64,000 nucleotides of DNA from the human T2T-CHM13v2.0 reference genome, Homo sapiens (GCF_009914755.1 NC_060930.1), one strand, 5' to 3'. Counted from the stretch's first letter, positions 46,853 to 61,138 are shown. The notes: a model not told the origin generated them from the sequence alone. Numbers and translations are program-made.

Positions 46853-48075
46853 TTATTGAAATATATTGTATCTGAATAGGTTTCTATTCTTGGTCCAACA
46901 ATTATTCTAATGGAATTATCTTCCCCACACCCTTTAATTTTAAGCTGAAGTTTAGGACAAAAGTATAAATATTTTCACAAGAAATTGTCCTCTCTAATTA
47001 CTCCCAAGGGGTAGTTATGTAAGATATTCATAGTATGTATTAAACATGTATTCACGAATAAAACTATTATAAGAAAATAGCATTCTAAATATTGTTTAAA
47101 CAGGAAATGATGAACTCTGGAAAGTTCAAGTGAACCCGAAAGAAAAAGGAGAATCAAGTTAATTGAGATCATTCTCATTACTTCTTAAGAACTCATTCTT
47201 AGTTTTATAAGTCTGACAACATCCTAAAGCCTTAATATTTTTTCTGCATGCTGTTTTTCTTTCCATTCATGCATTAACTTTATGGTCTCTTTAGAAAAAA
47301 TAAATTGGAGCAAATTCCTAAAAACTGAACATGATAAATTTCGGGAAGCTAAAGAATTGGTACATGAATGGTTGCCTTGATATTTTTCCCACAGAGAAAT
47401 AAAACTTGGCACAAATGTAGGAATTATTGAGTTATTCATGTGGAAAGTTTATCATGAATTTTGAATATATTTACATTTTAATAGTATTTCTCAATACAGG
47501 AACTCATATATGAGAATCCATTCTAATAGAATATTAGGAGAAGTCTTAAAATTTCATTTTAAACTGTCACCACATAGAGCCATTAAAAAATTACTTTGGT
47601 GAAATTTTCCTCCTCATCCTGTTTCTAAAGGCTACCCAAAAGATAGCAATACATTTTTAAGTGCAAGAAAAAAAAATGTCTGTCATCTTCCCCATGACAG
47701 GGACATTCCAATAGTTGGAGACCCTCAGAGGCTTAGTGGAGTTACTTATACTAATATGAACAAATCTTCTATTTACAATAAAATTAAAAGTTTGGAATAC
47801 TTAAACAACGGCACTCTTTTTTTTCTTCCTAAATATCTTAGTGTTCTATGTCTCATTCAGCGTAGTTTTTTTGTTTGACTGTGATACCTACTAATCATGT
47901 TTCAATGGTAAAAGGTTAATTGAGAAATGAAAATAAAGTGAATAAGCCATATTCTAAATGGTCATGTCAAAAATCATTGGGTATTATATTGGAAAATTAC
48001 TGCCAAAGACTATGACTTATTAAGGATTTATGATAATTCAGAAAAGAAGCACCAAAGTTGACTGAAAATTCCTAC

Positions 48076-48152
48076 CTGCCATCCCAGATCCCGGAAGCTC
48101 ACATAGAGTTCGTGCTTCTTACAGGCTTGTTTTTGCTCACTTGTGTTATAAT
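48076..48152 (-). CDS. BMP5: BMP5 exon 5: (D)[25 protein letters not shown]
   Basis: atcttcag|AT...CAG|gtagga; 77 nt, phase 1-0; first knot cysteine in [10 protein letters not shown]. Confidence 0.98.
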
Positions 48153-48291
48153 CTGAAGATAAAAACCACATTTTGAATAAATGGTTGCTTACAGATATAC
48201 TAATACTTCTTTTGTGAGATCACTGGTAAGATTTTTTAAAGGGGTTTTATTTGAAGTTGTGGAAAAATGAGTTTCAATCTTAAAGTTAGAA

Positions 48292-48488
48292 CTACTTACT
48301 AACCATGTGAACTTCAGTCAAGTTACTTGTCCTGAGTTTCTTCTTCTGTGAGATGTAGACAATACCATTTACCTGATGAAGCTCTAACATGGATTCTGTT
48401 AAGCCATCTACTTGACAGGGCACAGCATGGTGTCTGTCGTTCATTGAGTACCATCTGCTCAATGAATACTTATTCATTAATTCATTCA
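48292..48488 (+). mobile_element. MIR fragment
   Basis: TACTTACTAACCATGTGAACTTCAGTCAAGTTACTT..CTGAGTTTCTTCTTCTGTGA, MIR core. Confidence 0.65.
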
Positions 48489-48619
48489 TACTCTAGGGGT
48501 ACTTAATATATTGAGAGAGATTATATATATATAATATTTGTGCAATAACTTGTAACATCTTCCATGAGGCAGATACTGGGATCTTACTTAGCTGATTTTA
48601 TTTTAATAAATATCTTAAC

Positions 48620-49570
48620 CTCAGGATACCACAAGTTGAGCTTCTAATCATCCCCCAAAATCCTGTCCACCTGTAGACTTCATTCTTGACTAATGGTAGT
48701 TGCCTGGGTTAAAAAATAAAAACCAAAACAAAACAACAAGAATCAAAATAGTTCTTTTTTTTTCTTTCATTTACACATCCAATCTGTCAGGAAATCTCAC
48801 ACACTATCTTCAATAAGTCCAAAATGCACCTGCTCTCACGCCCTTCATAATTGGTCTTGGTCCAAGACACCATCATCTCTGGCATGAATTACTGCAATAT
48901 CCTCATTGCTAGTCTCCCTGCTTCTGCCCTTGCTCCTCTATAGCAAACTAGTCAAGTGGACCTTTTAACAAGTAAACTTAATTACATCACTTCCCTGCCA
49001 GTCCCTCTATGGTCTTCATATCATTAAGAGTGAAATATTCTCAGAGTGGTTACAAGGCTCTTTACATTTTGGTCTTATTACCCCTCTGACTCATTTGATC
49101 CTATTACCCCTCTGACTCTCACTTCTTCTCCTTCACCTTGCTCCAGCCACCATACCTCCTTGCTGTTTCACTCACAGTCAACCTTGCTCCCACTTTAGAG
49201 CCTTTTCTCTCACTAGTTCCTCTCCCTGGATAGCTACATGGCTAATTCCTGCATCTTCATGTCCTTGCTTAAGCAACATCTCAACAAGACCTTCACTACC
49301 CTTTTAATATTGCAACTCTCACCCTGATACACCTGATTTCTCTCACTTTGTTCTGATTTTTTTCCATCTCAATTATCACTTTTAGAAATGCTATGTCATT
49401 TCCTCATTTATTTATGTGTGGCTTCTTGTCTGTTTCCTCCCACTAAAATATAAGCGTCATAGGGGCAAGAATCTCGTTTGGCTCTGTTTTGCTCACTGAT
49501 GTATCCCTAGTGCCAGGAACAGTGCCTGGCATAAAATAAACATTCAAAAAAGTATCTGAGGAGTTAATGG
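48620..49570 (+). mobile_element. L2 (L2a-like) 3' portion
   Basis: CCAAGACACCATCATCTCT...TTACTGCAAT, TGCTCCAGCCAC, TTTGCTCACTGATGTATCCCTAGTGCCAGGAACAGTGCCTGGCATA. Confidence 0.75.
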
Positions 49571-50384
49571 ACAAATTTCTCATAGTGTTCCATAAGTGAT
49601 TTGAGGCAAGTGAAATACTATCATTACATATTTTGGAATGTAATCTGAAATACCCATAACTTTTTATAATTGTTTTAAATTATTAAATATAAATGTAGAA
49701 TTTCAATCTTGCATCTGGAATAAAGTAAAATACTGAAGAAACACAGAGATTTATGGAACATTTTTCATTCTTGTCTTGTGTTGGGTTTGCTCACATTTTG
49801 TACAAATAACATTCGAAAAACTAGTCCACTTTGATTATTTCTAAAATAAAATATTAAAGAAATAAAATTAAAAAATAATTTGTTTTACAGTTTTTGTTAA
49901 AGTGTCACCTTCCTGTTTAGTTACTCTCAACCTCTAATGAAAGTGTAGGCAAGTTAGAGATCAAAGGAGCCCATCATAGAGGGCCTTGCTTCTCATGGTT
50001 ACTTCAAGTAATTATTTGTTTAATGTTAATCTAAAAAACAAGCTAATGATTAAATTTTGAAATCAAGGTATTTTTCTTCTAGGTTATTTATTCCTACTAT
50101 GCAATTAACTTCATTAAAACAGATTAAATAAGTAGATAATGGGAAATGGGGGAGAGAGGATTTATTTCAGACTCTACATTCTGGTTCTTCTTCAGGGAAA
50201 TATCTCCCTTGCAGCTAACTTTGTTCAGGCAATGGATAAATAACACTTTAACACTAAACATGAAATGGTTAAATTTCCTCGATCGTGTTTAGAAAAAGAA
50301 ATAATTGATTCTACTATTGGTTTGATTTCATAAACTCCTTGATATACAAAACGGGGAAAAACAAATGTTAGCTATGCATTGGAC

Positions 50385-50733
50385 CAGGGGTCAGCAAACT
50401 TTTTAAAAGTTTTTTAAACTTCTTTAAACTTTTTTTTAAAGAAACTGATAGTAAATATGTTGGGCTAAGTGGTCTCCTTGCAACTACTCGATTTTGCTGC
50501 TGTAGTATAAAAGCAACCGTAGACAATATGTAAATGAATGGGTGTGGCTATATTCCAGTAAAACTACCTATGGATACTAAAATTTGAATTTCATATGATT
50601 CCCACATGCTGCAAAATATTGTCCTTCTTTTCCACGCAAACATTTTCAAATGTAAAGACCACTCTTAGTAGGTCATACAAAAACAAATGATAGGCTTAAT
50701 TTGGTTATTAGGCCTTACTTTTTCAAACTCTGC
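50385..50733. mobile_element. MER58B hAT-Charlie MITE
   Basis: CAGGGGTCAGCAAACTTTTT...GTAGACAATATGTAAATGAATGGGTGTGGCT..TTCCAGTAAAAC...AAATTTGAATTTCATAT. Confidence 0.75.
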
Positions 50734-51619
50734 ATTAGGTAATAATGGGAATATTTATCTATTCATCTTTGTCTTAATTAAAAATATTAAATATGAATAA
50801 CAACATTGTAGCCAATAGCACATACATGTTTATATGAAAAGCCATAAACTACAAATATGATTATTTGAATTCTATGTATATAAAAAATAAAGAAAATAAA
50901 ACTTTAAAGTCAAAATATATCTGTTCCATATATATGTCTTTTTATGCAGGCTAAGTGATGTATATAATGTAACATCACATAAATGTAACAAGCAATGAAA
51001 TGTATAACAGAATCTGGTTCCAAGAGTCTGATTTCATAGAGCATTAGGACCATATGCTTATTCTGTCAGAAATAAAAATTAATGGATAGTGAGTGAAGTA
51101 AATGTTGTACCCAAACTAGAAAAGCCTGCAGTTAGGTTTACTCTAAATGCTTGGCAGAATAAGCTGTAGGAGGAAGGGCAAGGAAGTTAGATTTATGTCT
51201 TTTAAAATACTGATGGGCAGCCTTTAGGAGATTAGTATGAAATGGATATAATTCTACTGTTAATGAGCCTGCCTACAAATGAAGAGTCATGGCAAAAATT
51301 ATTAAAATGTTCTACAATCAACACTAGAAAAAGTAAACCAACATGTCTTATCCATAGTGCAAGTGTTATCAATAATATTTCTCTGTTTTGTCTCTTAATA
51401 GTAATAATATTAGGAAGCCCATGCCAAAATAGTAAACATATTGCTAAATACTTTATGCAAATTTCTTTATGGTCAATTTCTAGATATTGTATAAATTTAA
51501 TCTTTAGTTCGATTTTCTTTAGTTTGATTCTTTTTGTCTTAGAATAAAATCATGAAAAACAAAATAAATACGTGGAGGTAAAAGTTGGTAAAACACAAAA
51601 ATTCCTGAATATGATAAGA

Positions 51620-52720
51620 AGAACACTAGTACACTGTTGGTGGAAATGTAAATTAATACAACCTCTTTTTTGAGGTTCCTCCCAAAAGTAAAAGTAGAGC
51701 TACCATATCATCAAGCAATCTCACCACTGGGTATATATCCAAAACAAAGGAAATCAATAAGTTGAAGATACATCTGCACTCCCATATTGATTGCAGCACT
51801 ATTCACAAGATACAGAAGCAACATAAGTGTCCATCAGTGTATGAATGGATAAAGAAAATGTGGTACATATACACAACAGCTTATTATTCAGCCATAAAAA
51901 GAATGAAATTGGCCTGGCGTGGTGTCTCACACCTGTAATCCCAGCACTTTGGGAGGCCAAGGAGGGCGGATCACAAGGTCAGGAGATCGAGACCATCCTG
52001 GCTAACACGGTGAAACCCCGTCTCTACTAAAAATACGAAAAATTAGCCAGGCGTAGTGGCGGACGCCTGTAGTCCCAGCTACTCAGGAGGCTGAGGCAGG
52101 AGAACGGCGTGAACCCGGGAGGCGGAGCTTGCAGTGAGCGAGATGGTGCCACTTCACTTCAGCCTGGGCGACAGAGCAAGACTCTGTCTCAAAAAAAAAA
52201 AAAAAGAAAAAAAGAAAGAAAGAAAAGAAAAAAAAGTCAATTAGAGCAAGATGGATGAAACAACTGGAAGATGTCAAGTGAGATAAGCCAGGCACAGAGA
52301 GACAAATAACCCCTGTTCTTAGTCATATGTGTAAGCTAAAAAAAAAAAAAAAGATCTCCTGAAGATAGGTAGAGAGTAGAATGGTGGTTACCAAAAGCTG
52401 GGAATGGTAGCAGAAAGAGGGGATGAAGAACAATTGGTTAATGAACACAAAACTACAGCTTTTTAAAAAACTTACAGAAGAAATCAGTTGTAGTGTTCGA
52501 TAATAGCACAGTATGGTTACAATGGTTAGCGATAATTAATTCTACATTTCAAAATAACTAGAAGACAAGATTAGGAATGTTCCCAATGTAAAGAAATGAT
52601 AAATATTTGATGTGATGGATATCTTAATTACCCTGATTTGATCATTACACATTGTATACATCTATCAAAATATCACATGTACCCCATGAATATGTATAAT
52701 TATTATGTATCAATAAAAAC
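51620..52720 (+). mobile_element. L1MA-type 3' end, interrupted by AluY
   Basis: ACACTGTTGGTGGAAATGTAAATT, GTAGAGAGTAGAATGGTGGTTACCA, TTACCCTGATTTGATCATTACACATTGTATACAT...CAATAAAAA. Confidence 0.85.
51911..52235 (+). mobile_element. AluY
   Basis: GAGATCGAGACCATCCTGGCTAACACGG, GGCGTGAACCCGGGAGGCGGAGCTTGCAG; A/GAAA tail. Confidence 0.9.
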
Positions 52721-54964
52721 AAATTCCAGAAATCTGCATGGACTGTCAAAGTTCTGCATACTAGCTCCTGAAAAAAACAAATAAATAAACATGGGATAGA
52801 CTTGCTGTGAACTGGACAAAGACAATCCAGGCCAAAAACCTTCATATACCATTTTTTTTCTTCAGAACATAGTATTAGTTTATTAAAGGGATGAAACACA
52901 GATATAGCTATAAAAGCAAAGAAAAATCAGAAATAAAACTTAACATTTAACCATGACAACAGCTTCAATGAGCTAAATATGATGATATGCTGCTGTTTCA
53001 AAGCAAAAGAGGAGATGTTAGTGTTTTCACTCTTATTTCCCAAAGAGAAAGAGGGAAAAAGGAAGTTGATACCTAAAGCATCAGAAGACCTTAATTTATT
53101 TATAAAAATTTAAAATGATAAATGAATGAAGGTACAAGAGTTGAAAAAGCAGGAATGGTGCTACCATAATGTGGATTTTGATATGACCTTGGGGGTAGAA
53201 AAATTCAGGATAAGCCCAAAAATAAATAACAATCCTACCCAAAGATAAGGGGCTTTAAAATGCTATTGTTGTTCTAGCTTAATCATTATTTTCTATACCC
53301 AGTGAATTATTCACTTGCATTTACACACAAGCCAGTAATACGTACTGTTGTTTATTTTGTAGATATATTAACACAATTTTGTGTTTGTGTAGGTACCAAT
53401 GTGTGACGCAAGACACCACAAAATAACTCTGTAATGTGTTTGCATAACTCTGCTCAGCAAAGTATCCATGTGGATCATGTAATTAACATCGTCACTTTAG
53501 AGCTCCTTGATATAAAAATCTATCCACAAACCTGAATTTGCTAGACACCTCTAAAGGACAGTTCCCTGACGCCTCCTGCTCACTATTTCTACTTCTGACC
53601 TCACACTCAATGTTCACTATTTTTGTTAATAGGACCATCAGTCGTCCAGGCCAGAAAATTTAATAAGCTTCTTGATTTTCATTTTTCCCCTCTGATCCTA
53701 TATTAAATGGATCCACAAAGCCTCATTAGTTGATCAATTTCACTATTTAATCTAGGTATCCTGTTGGAAGCCCTTTGCACTCTTAGTTGCCTCATACTTC
53801 CTCAATGTCCTCTTCTGCTAACCTTTTCTAAAATAACACTTTATCCCTGCTCCTCTTTGACATCTCTGATTTTTTTTGGCTTATTTTATGGAATTTCTTT
53901 TTCTCCTCTGCCTGTACTTACAGTGTTGATGTTCCCCAAGGAGGCTCCATCTTATATTTTTTCTTTCTTTGTTTCCTGTGGCATTTGGTCAGCCTCATCC
54001 TACATCTAACAATTTGGCTTATAGCTATATCTTTTCCCTACACATTCCACTTACTCTCAACACTCCCCTCTCCAGAGTCCTGGGTTATCCACCCTCTTCA
54101 AACCCCTGCTGGCCTTATCCAGTGTGTTTTGGTTCTTACATCTCTCTCTCCAATCTATGATCTTCATTGCTTGGAGTATTATACTAGACCCTAATCATTA
54201 TTTGAGTTTTCTGTCTCCACCCTTGGCATTCCATTCTGCACTCCATGGCCAAAATTAACTTTTTAAAATGCATATCTGGTTATGATTCTTCTTTTTCCAA
54301 TTGCCTATGGGAAGACATCACTGCTCCTTATCATCACATACCCTACTCTTTATGATTTGGCCCCTTAATAATTTCCTAGCTGATACCACATTCCTCTCAC
54401 ATAAAAATACATGCATACCCCAGCCATTTGACAATGGTCCATGGCTCTACAACTGTAGAGCCATTTCATTTCTACAACCTGAAATGGTTTCATCCATGTC
54501 TGTTAATTCTAGAAAATGTCTATTTATTCTCAGATAAGTCCCTCATGTAGTATTTTGGGCCATATAGTTAATATAGTGCATAGCATATAGTTATATAGCA
54601 TATAATGCTGTGCCTGGCATATAATGGGAGTTTATTTGATATTGAATAAATATTATTTATAAGAAATTATACCCAGATATATTCTTCCTGTGGATTTTTC
54701 CTAGAGAGAAATTTAACAACAGACACAATGCCTTAATGTCTATTGGCAAGTCTTTTTTAAAGTGTGTAGTTAATTGCTAATATAGATTAGCCAAATTAGG
54801 TTAAAGACTAAAATTTCTCTTGCTTCTAAAGTCTCAAAAGATAAGAAATCCTGTGACCACAGGTATGAGTACTTATAAGAGAGAGTGTGAACTTCTAGTT
54901 TTCTCTGATGTAAGAGTTTGAACTCCTTTTGTACCAGTTCTATAAAACCAATTATAATGTTCAA

Positions 54965-55160
54965 CACTTAATGAGCATTTGCCGTGTACCACTATTTTAA
55001 ATTAGTTATATATAATAACTCATTTAATCCTCAGAACTCTTGTAATCCTGCTCTGCAAGGCAGGTATAATTAACATTCCCACTTTATACATGAGGAAACA
55101 GTCAGAGAGAGGTAATATATCTTGTGCAAGATTATACAACTAGTAAGTAGTGAAGTCAGT
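54965..55160 (-). mobile_element. MIR fragment
   Basis: AACTCATTTAATCCTCA...CCCACTTTATACATGAGGAAACAG..AGAGAGAGGTAAT. Confidence 0.65.
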
Positions 55161-55899
55161 ATTAGATATTAAGTGATGGATAGATGATAGATAAATATAT
55201 AGATAGAGAGAGCTAGCTAACGACATACTATATGCATCAACATACTTGTTTCAGGAGGGGTTTCCAGAATTTTTCATGATTCAGGGCACAGATAGCAACT
55301 TTTAATATTAGTTACTGTCATAATTACGTGGATTAGAAATATTCTCACTTGTGCAGCATTGCAGGATTTTCAGTACAGCATTTATTTTGAGAGTGCCAAC
55401 TTGGAAAAAAAGCAAAATGTCTTTTTGGAGTGACATGATTAAATAAACTGATGCCAATACTAAGCTGCAACAGTTGAAAAGAATTAGCTCACGTTATTTG
55501 ACATATGGCTAAACATTGTTTATAAAACCTGTAAAATATATAATTCATGTAATTAAAAGCATATAACAAAAATACATTCTCTCAAAAGAGATGAGAGAGA
55601 GGTTTGTACCATGTTGATATCAGCATATTAAGGTAATCTATTATGTATGGATTAGGTAAACAAGGGAGAACTTTAGCTTTATTTATGATTTTATTATTTC
55701 TAAACACTAAAACAGTGTATTAATTATATAATAAAAAACATTCGATGGAAATAACTTCAATTAATTATTTTCTTGTTTTGACTAATATCTGTTTTTCCAA
55801 GAGGCATAAATTTACATTGTATTTATTAGGCAAGAGATAGCGCCTATCAAATTTGAGAACAAGAATAGAATGTTTCAATTTTAGTAACTATGCATTTTA

Positions 55900-56228
55900 T
55901 CTGATTTACAATGCTTTGACTTAAGATTTTTTAAATTGATGATGGTTTGAAAGCAATACACATTCAGTAGAAATCATACTATGAGTACCCACACAAGCAT
56001 TCTGTTTTTCACTTTCAGTAGAGTGTCCAATAAATTACATAAGATATTCAAAACTTAATTATGAAATAGGCCTTGTTTTAGATGAGTTTGCCCAGCTGTA
56101 GGCTAATGTAAATGTTATGGGCATGTGTAAGGGAGGCTAGGCTAAGCTATGATATTTGAGCTTATGGTACTGCAAACTTTATTTGGGTTTATTGGGATAT
56201 AACCCCATTTTAAGTTGAAGAGCACCTG
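55900..56228 (-). mobile_element. TcMar-Tigger MITE (MER47A-like)
   Basis: CATTCTGTTTTTCACTTTCAGTA, GGCTAGGCTAAGCTATGAT, GGGTTTATTGGGATATAACCCCATTTTAAGTTGAAGAGCACCTG|TA. Confidence 0.7.
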
Positions 56229-56401
56229 TATACCAAAGACTTGCCCTACGAAATCACCATGGATGTAGGCAGGGCCACTACATGATTGGATTATTTTTCG
56301 AAGATTCTCAGTATCCAGCATACAATAGCAATCTTTCTTAGCAGTTCTGTAATGATCCAGGACTTGCCATTTGCCCTGTTAATTCTTTTGGATTCTTCAT
56401 A

Positions 56402-58791
56402 CAGGCATATGTCAGAGACATTTACTGGGGAGATATTGTGAATTTAGTTCCAGACCACTGCAATGAAGTGAACGTCACAATAAAGTGAGTGTCACAATAT
56501 TTTTTGGTTTCCCAGTGCATGTAAAAGTTATGGTTACATTATACTACAGTCAATTAAGTGTGTAATTGGATTATATCTTTAAAAATGTACATACCTTAGT
56601 TAAAAATAATCTATTGATTAAAAAATGCTAGTGATCATCTGAGTCTTCAGCAAGTTGTAATCCTTTTGCTAGTAAAGGGTCTTGCCTCAATGTTGATACC
56701 TGCTGACTGATCAGGTTGGTGATTGCTGAAGGTTGATGTGGCTGTGGCAATTTCTTAAAAGACAACGATAAAATTTGTCACATTGATTGACTCTTCCTTT
56801 CACAAAAGATTCTTTGTGTAGTGTGCAAGGCTGTTTGATAGCACTTTACTTTGTGAAGGTCTTCTTTTAAAATTGGAGTCCATCTTCTCAAATCCTGCCT
56901 CTACTCTAGTAAATAAACTTATTTAAAATGCTAAATCCTTTGTTGTCATTACAATTGCATTCACAGTATCTTCACCAGGAAGATTTTATATCCAGAAACC
57001 ACTTTTTTTGCTCAACCATAAGAAGCAACTCCTCATTCATTCAAGTTTTATTATGAGATTGCAGCAATCCAGTCATATATTCAGGTTCCGCTTGTAATTC
57101 AAGTTCTCTTGCTATTTCTACCACAACTGCAATGATTTCCTCCACTGAAGTCTTGAACCCATCAAAGTCATCCAGGAGGTAGGAATCAACTTCTTCCAAA
57201 CCCTTGTTAATGTTGATATTTCAACCCCTCATAAATCATGAGTGTTCTTAAATGGAATCTAGAATGGTGAATCCTTTCCAGAAGGTTGCCTAGATCCTTC
57301 AGGGGAATCACTATTTATGGAAGCTGTAGAATTACAAAATAAATCTTTAAAATAATAAAACTTGGAAGTCAAAACTACTCTTTCATGCATGGGCAGCAGA
57401 ATGGATGTTGTGCTAGCAAGCATGATAAAAACAATTAGTCTACTCGTATATCTCCATCAGAGCTCTTGGGTGATCAAGTACATTGTCAATGGGCACTAAT
57501 ATTTTGAAAGGAATCTTTTTTCTGGACAATAGGTCTCAACAGTTTGCCTAAAATAGTTAATAAACCATGCTATCAACAGATGCACTGTTCATCCAGGTTT
57601 TGTTCTTCCATTTGCAGAGCCCAGGAAGAGTAGATTAATCATGATACTTAGGGGTCCAAGGATTTTCAGAATGGTAAATGAGCATTGTCTTCAATTTAAT
57701 CTCACCAGGTATATTAGCCCATAACAAGAGAGTCAGATTGTCAGAAGATTTGAAGCCAGCCATTGACTCTTCTCTAGCTATGAAAGTCCTACATAACATC
57801 TTCCAATAAGGCTTCTTAATCTCCATTAAAAATCTGTGGTTCAGTGTAGCTACCTTCATCAGTGATCTTAGATAGATCTCCTGGATAACTTGCTATAGCT
57901 TCTTCATCAATACTTGCTGTTTCACCTTGCACTTTTTTGCTATGGAGACAGCTTCTTTCCTTAAACGTCATGAACCAATATCTGCTACTTTCAGACTTTT
58001 CTTCTGCAGCTTCCTCAGCTCTCTCAGCCTTCATAGAATTGAGGAGAATCAGGGCTTTGCTCTGAATAAGGCTTTGGTATAAAGGAATGTTGTGGCTGGT
58101 TTGATCTTCCATCCAGACCACTCAAACGTTCTCCACATCAGCAAGAAAACGATTTCGCTTTCTTATCATTATTGTGTTGATGAAGTCATACTTATAATTT
58201 TCTTCAAGTACTTTTCCTTTGCAGTCACAACTTGACAACTGTTTGTTTGGCACAAGAGGCCTAGCTTTCAATCTATCTGGACTTTCAACATACCTTCCTC
58301 AATAAGCGTAATCATTACTAGCTTTTGATTTAAAGTGAGAGATGTTTAAATCTTCCTTTCATTTGAACACTTTTAGGCCATTGTCGGGTACTAACTGAAC
58401 TTATTTCAATATTGTGTCTCAGGGAATAGGGAACCCAAGAGAAGGGAAAGAGATGGGGTAATGACCGATCGTTGGAGCAATCAGAACACACACAACATTT
58501 ACTTCCCATCTTATATGGGTAAAATTTGTGGTGTCACAAAACAATTACCAATAAATATCAAAGATCACTGATAACATAAACCATAACAAATATAATAATA
58601 ACAGTAAAATTTTGAAATATTGCAAAAATTACCAAAATGTGACACAGAGAAACCAAGTAAACAAATGCTGTTGGAAAAAATGTCACCAATAGACTTGCTT
58701 AATGCAGGACTGCCACAAAACTTCAGTTTGTAAAAAACACATTATCTTTGAAACACAATAAAGCAAAATGCAATAAAACATGGTATGCCTG
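56402..58791 (-). mobile_element. Near-full-length Tigger1 DNA transposon (dead transposase)
   Basis: Termini CAGGCATA...TATGCCTG flanked by TA (56400-56401, 58792-58793); 2390 bp; ORF fragments 57816-58121 ([26 protein letters not shown]-type HTH) and 57635-57859 (RTFIAREE, LTLLL, LIYHSENP; DDE region). Confidence 0.92.
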
Positions 58792-61112
58792 TACTCTATT
58801 CTTTTCAACACTGAATATACTCCTTCAAGCAGCATCATGTTCTGGAGGTTTTTAAAAAAATCTTATCCACCTAGTGCCTTTATATCTTCAAGGATAGCTA
58901 GCTTAGAATTTAGCTATTGGCTCCATTTTCTTTCCTCTCATACACAAATTCAAAGAAATACCCTTTGCACTGCCTCAACATGAAACAGGAAATATCTTCC
59001 ACAATGTGTCTGTTCAACCATCTTGCCAAAAACCTGAAGAGGAACAAGCAGTGCCGGCAGTTTCTGCAGGAAACCTGGAAGTAATGGTTCTATATACCTT
59101 TACTTGAAAAACGAAGTTAGTTTTTCCTATGCTGTCAGCACGTTAATTTACTCAACAAGTATTTTGGGGACTCCTATTCTGTGCTGGTTTCTGTTCTAAG
59201 CTCTCCCACAGGAATATGGAAGAAAAAAAGAACATCAGGAAGTCAGAAGGAAGAATCGTTGAAGTAGAAAAGAAATGTGATAAAGATAGCAGAAATGACT
59301 TGGGTTTTAATTCTTCTGTACTAATGGAGATTTTCAACATTTGATAATATGCTTTGCAAAAAACCCAGCAATCAGGCAAACAGGCAATACAACTTTCCTC
59401 CCTAACTCCATCCCCATCCCACCCCTTCTTATCCATAGAGCCTTTGCACAATATCTTATTGTAAAATCTAGTTACTATTACAACTTTGTTATTTATATTT
59501 GGATAATTTTTAAATTTCACTGGCATTTCAAGTCTCTGAAGTATCAAATTTTCTGTTTATATTAGCATTCCCTTTCCTTAAAGCCTTGTCTTTTAGACCA
59601 AATCCTATGAGGATTTTCCCAGACTGCTTGATTACTACCTATTGAAAGGTTAAGTCTTATAGACACAAACCAGCTACTTTCTTTCTTCTTCTTATCAAAA
59701 TATGAACACACTCCAAAACCATCTACCACATATTTCACAGAAATGGTTGCCAATGACAGAATTTCAAAAAGAAAATATTGGTCTATATTAGAATAATTTT
59801 GTACTCTAAATGGTGTTAGGAAACTGGTGAAAAGTTACGTGATTTCTGCTCCATGTGTTTTATTCATCTCTGCTTATAGACGTACATTTGTTTCTTGTGG
59901 TTAGGAAGAGAAGATAAATAGAGTTAACCAATAGGGAAAAGGACTTTGATGATTTCAGTCACCGGAACACCTCTGCCAGAGTCATTATGAGCTCAAATAA
60001 TAAGTATGTGACTTATACTTTTCCCTTTGTAATTTCCTCCAAAATTATTTACTATTCTATTCAAGGTTTAGCAAAACTTTTTCTTAATACAGTCTGCTAC
60101 ATTAAATTAAAAACATTTCAACCAAACTTAGAACCATTCTACATGAAAAGAAAAATATACAAGTTTGACAGCCTAGTATTTACCAGGAAGAAAAGGTCTT
60201 AGAAAGTTATTTTTCTCCATCTTTCATATTAAGTAATTACAGCTTTTTGCCAAACTAAATATCTTGTGAATATCTTTAAAAAATAGCGTTGTAATAAGGC
60301 ACTAGTGTCATGCTTTACTAAAAGTGGTTAAATTTCTTTGTTGGAAAATTATTTTAAAACATCACCTTATAAGCAGCATTTAATTCAGTATAATGCAATT
60401 CCATACAGAAATCTTCCCTCCTGCTTCTGTTGCTTGCCACACAAATAGGACTTCTAACGTGATTCTCCTGGTGCCTACCCTTTAGGAAAAGTCCAATGAA
60501 TTCCACCTAGTAGTTTTATGGAGCGTCTCTGAGCAAATAAAAACAAACAAATAAAGGTCGTCATCTATTTCTTATCTAAACACTCATGCATGTTTGAGTA
60601 ATAAATAGCTGCTGTATGACCTGTCATTTTCAAGTAACCTGAGAAAAATGAAGATTTTAGGAATAATGACAAAGACTGTTTGAAGTTAGAATTTCAATTT
60701 GGTAAAATAATATATATAGGAATCATGTATCTTTTGCTTATTAGTTCATCCATCATGCCTGGCAGAGTGCTATGCATAAATTGGCCATTATCACAGAAGA
60801 ATGCATATTTGACAAATAGATAAGTATGTGATACTACATTGAGATGTTCCAGGATGAGTTCCCCCTTCAAATTTATTTTTATACATGAAATCAATTTTTG
60901 AACTAAAATAGCCACCATTTTCACCTAACAGCTTACTGTTTGCATCCTGGACTAAACAAGGTACTTCTTGGTATAAATAATACGATTAAGCCACTACAAA
61001 TTTTGGCAGTTAGATGCTTTCTGATCAATTGAAATTTGATCCCTCTATAATTAACAGATTAATTTGCAAAGACTGATATGAATTGTGCATTCGTAATATT
61101 TTGTTGAAAGAC

Positions 61113-61138
61113 TGTGTGTGTGTGTGTGTGTGTGTGTG
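61113..61138 (+). repeat. (TG)13 microsatellite ((CA)n in the pre-mRNA)
   Basis: Pure TG run seen directly. Confidence 0.95.

Noticed and set aside
60380-60480. Possible cryptic terminal exon in intron 4 (ttttcctaaag|GGTAG|GCACC, ~31 codons in frame from the second AG)
   Set aside because: The first AG gives an immediate stop, the second has a weak context, and no transcript evidence is available from sequence alone
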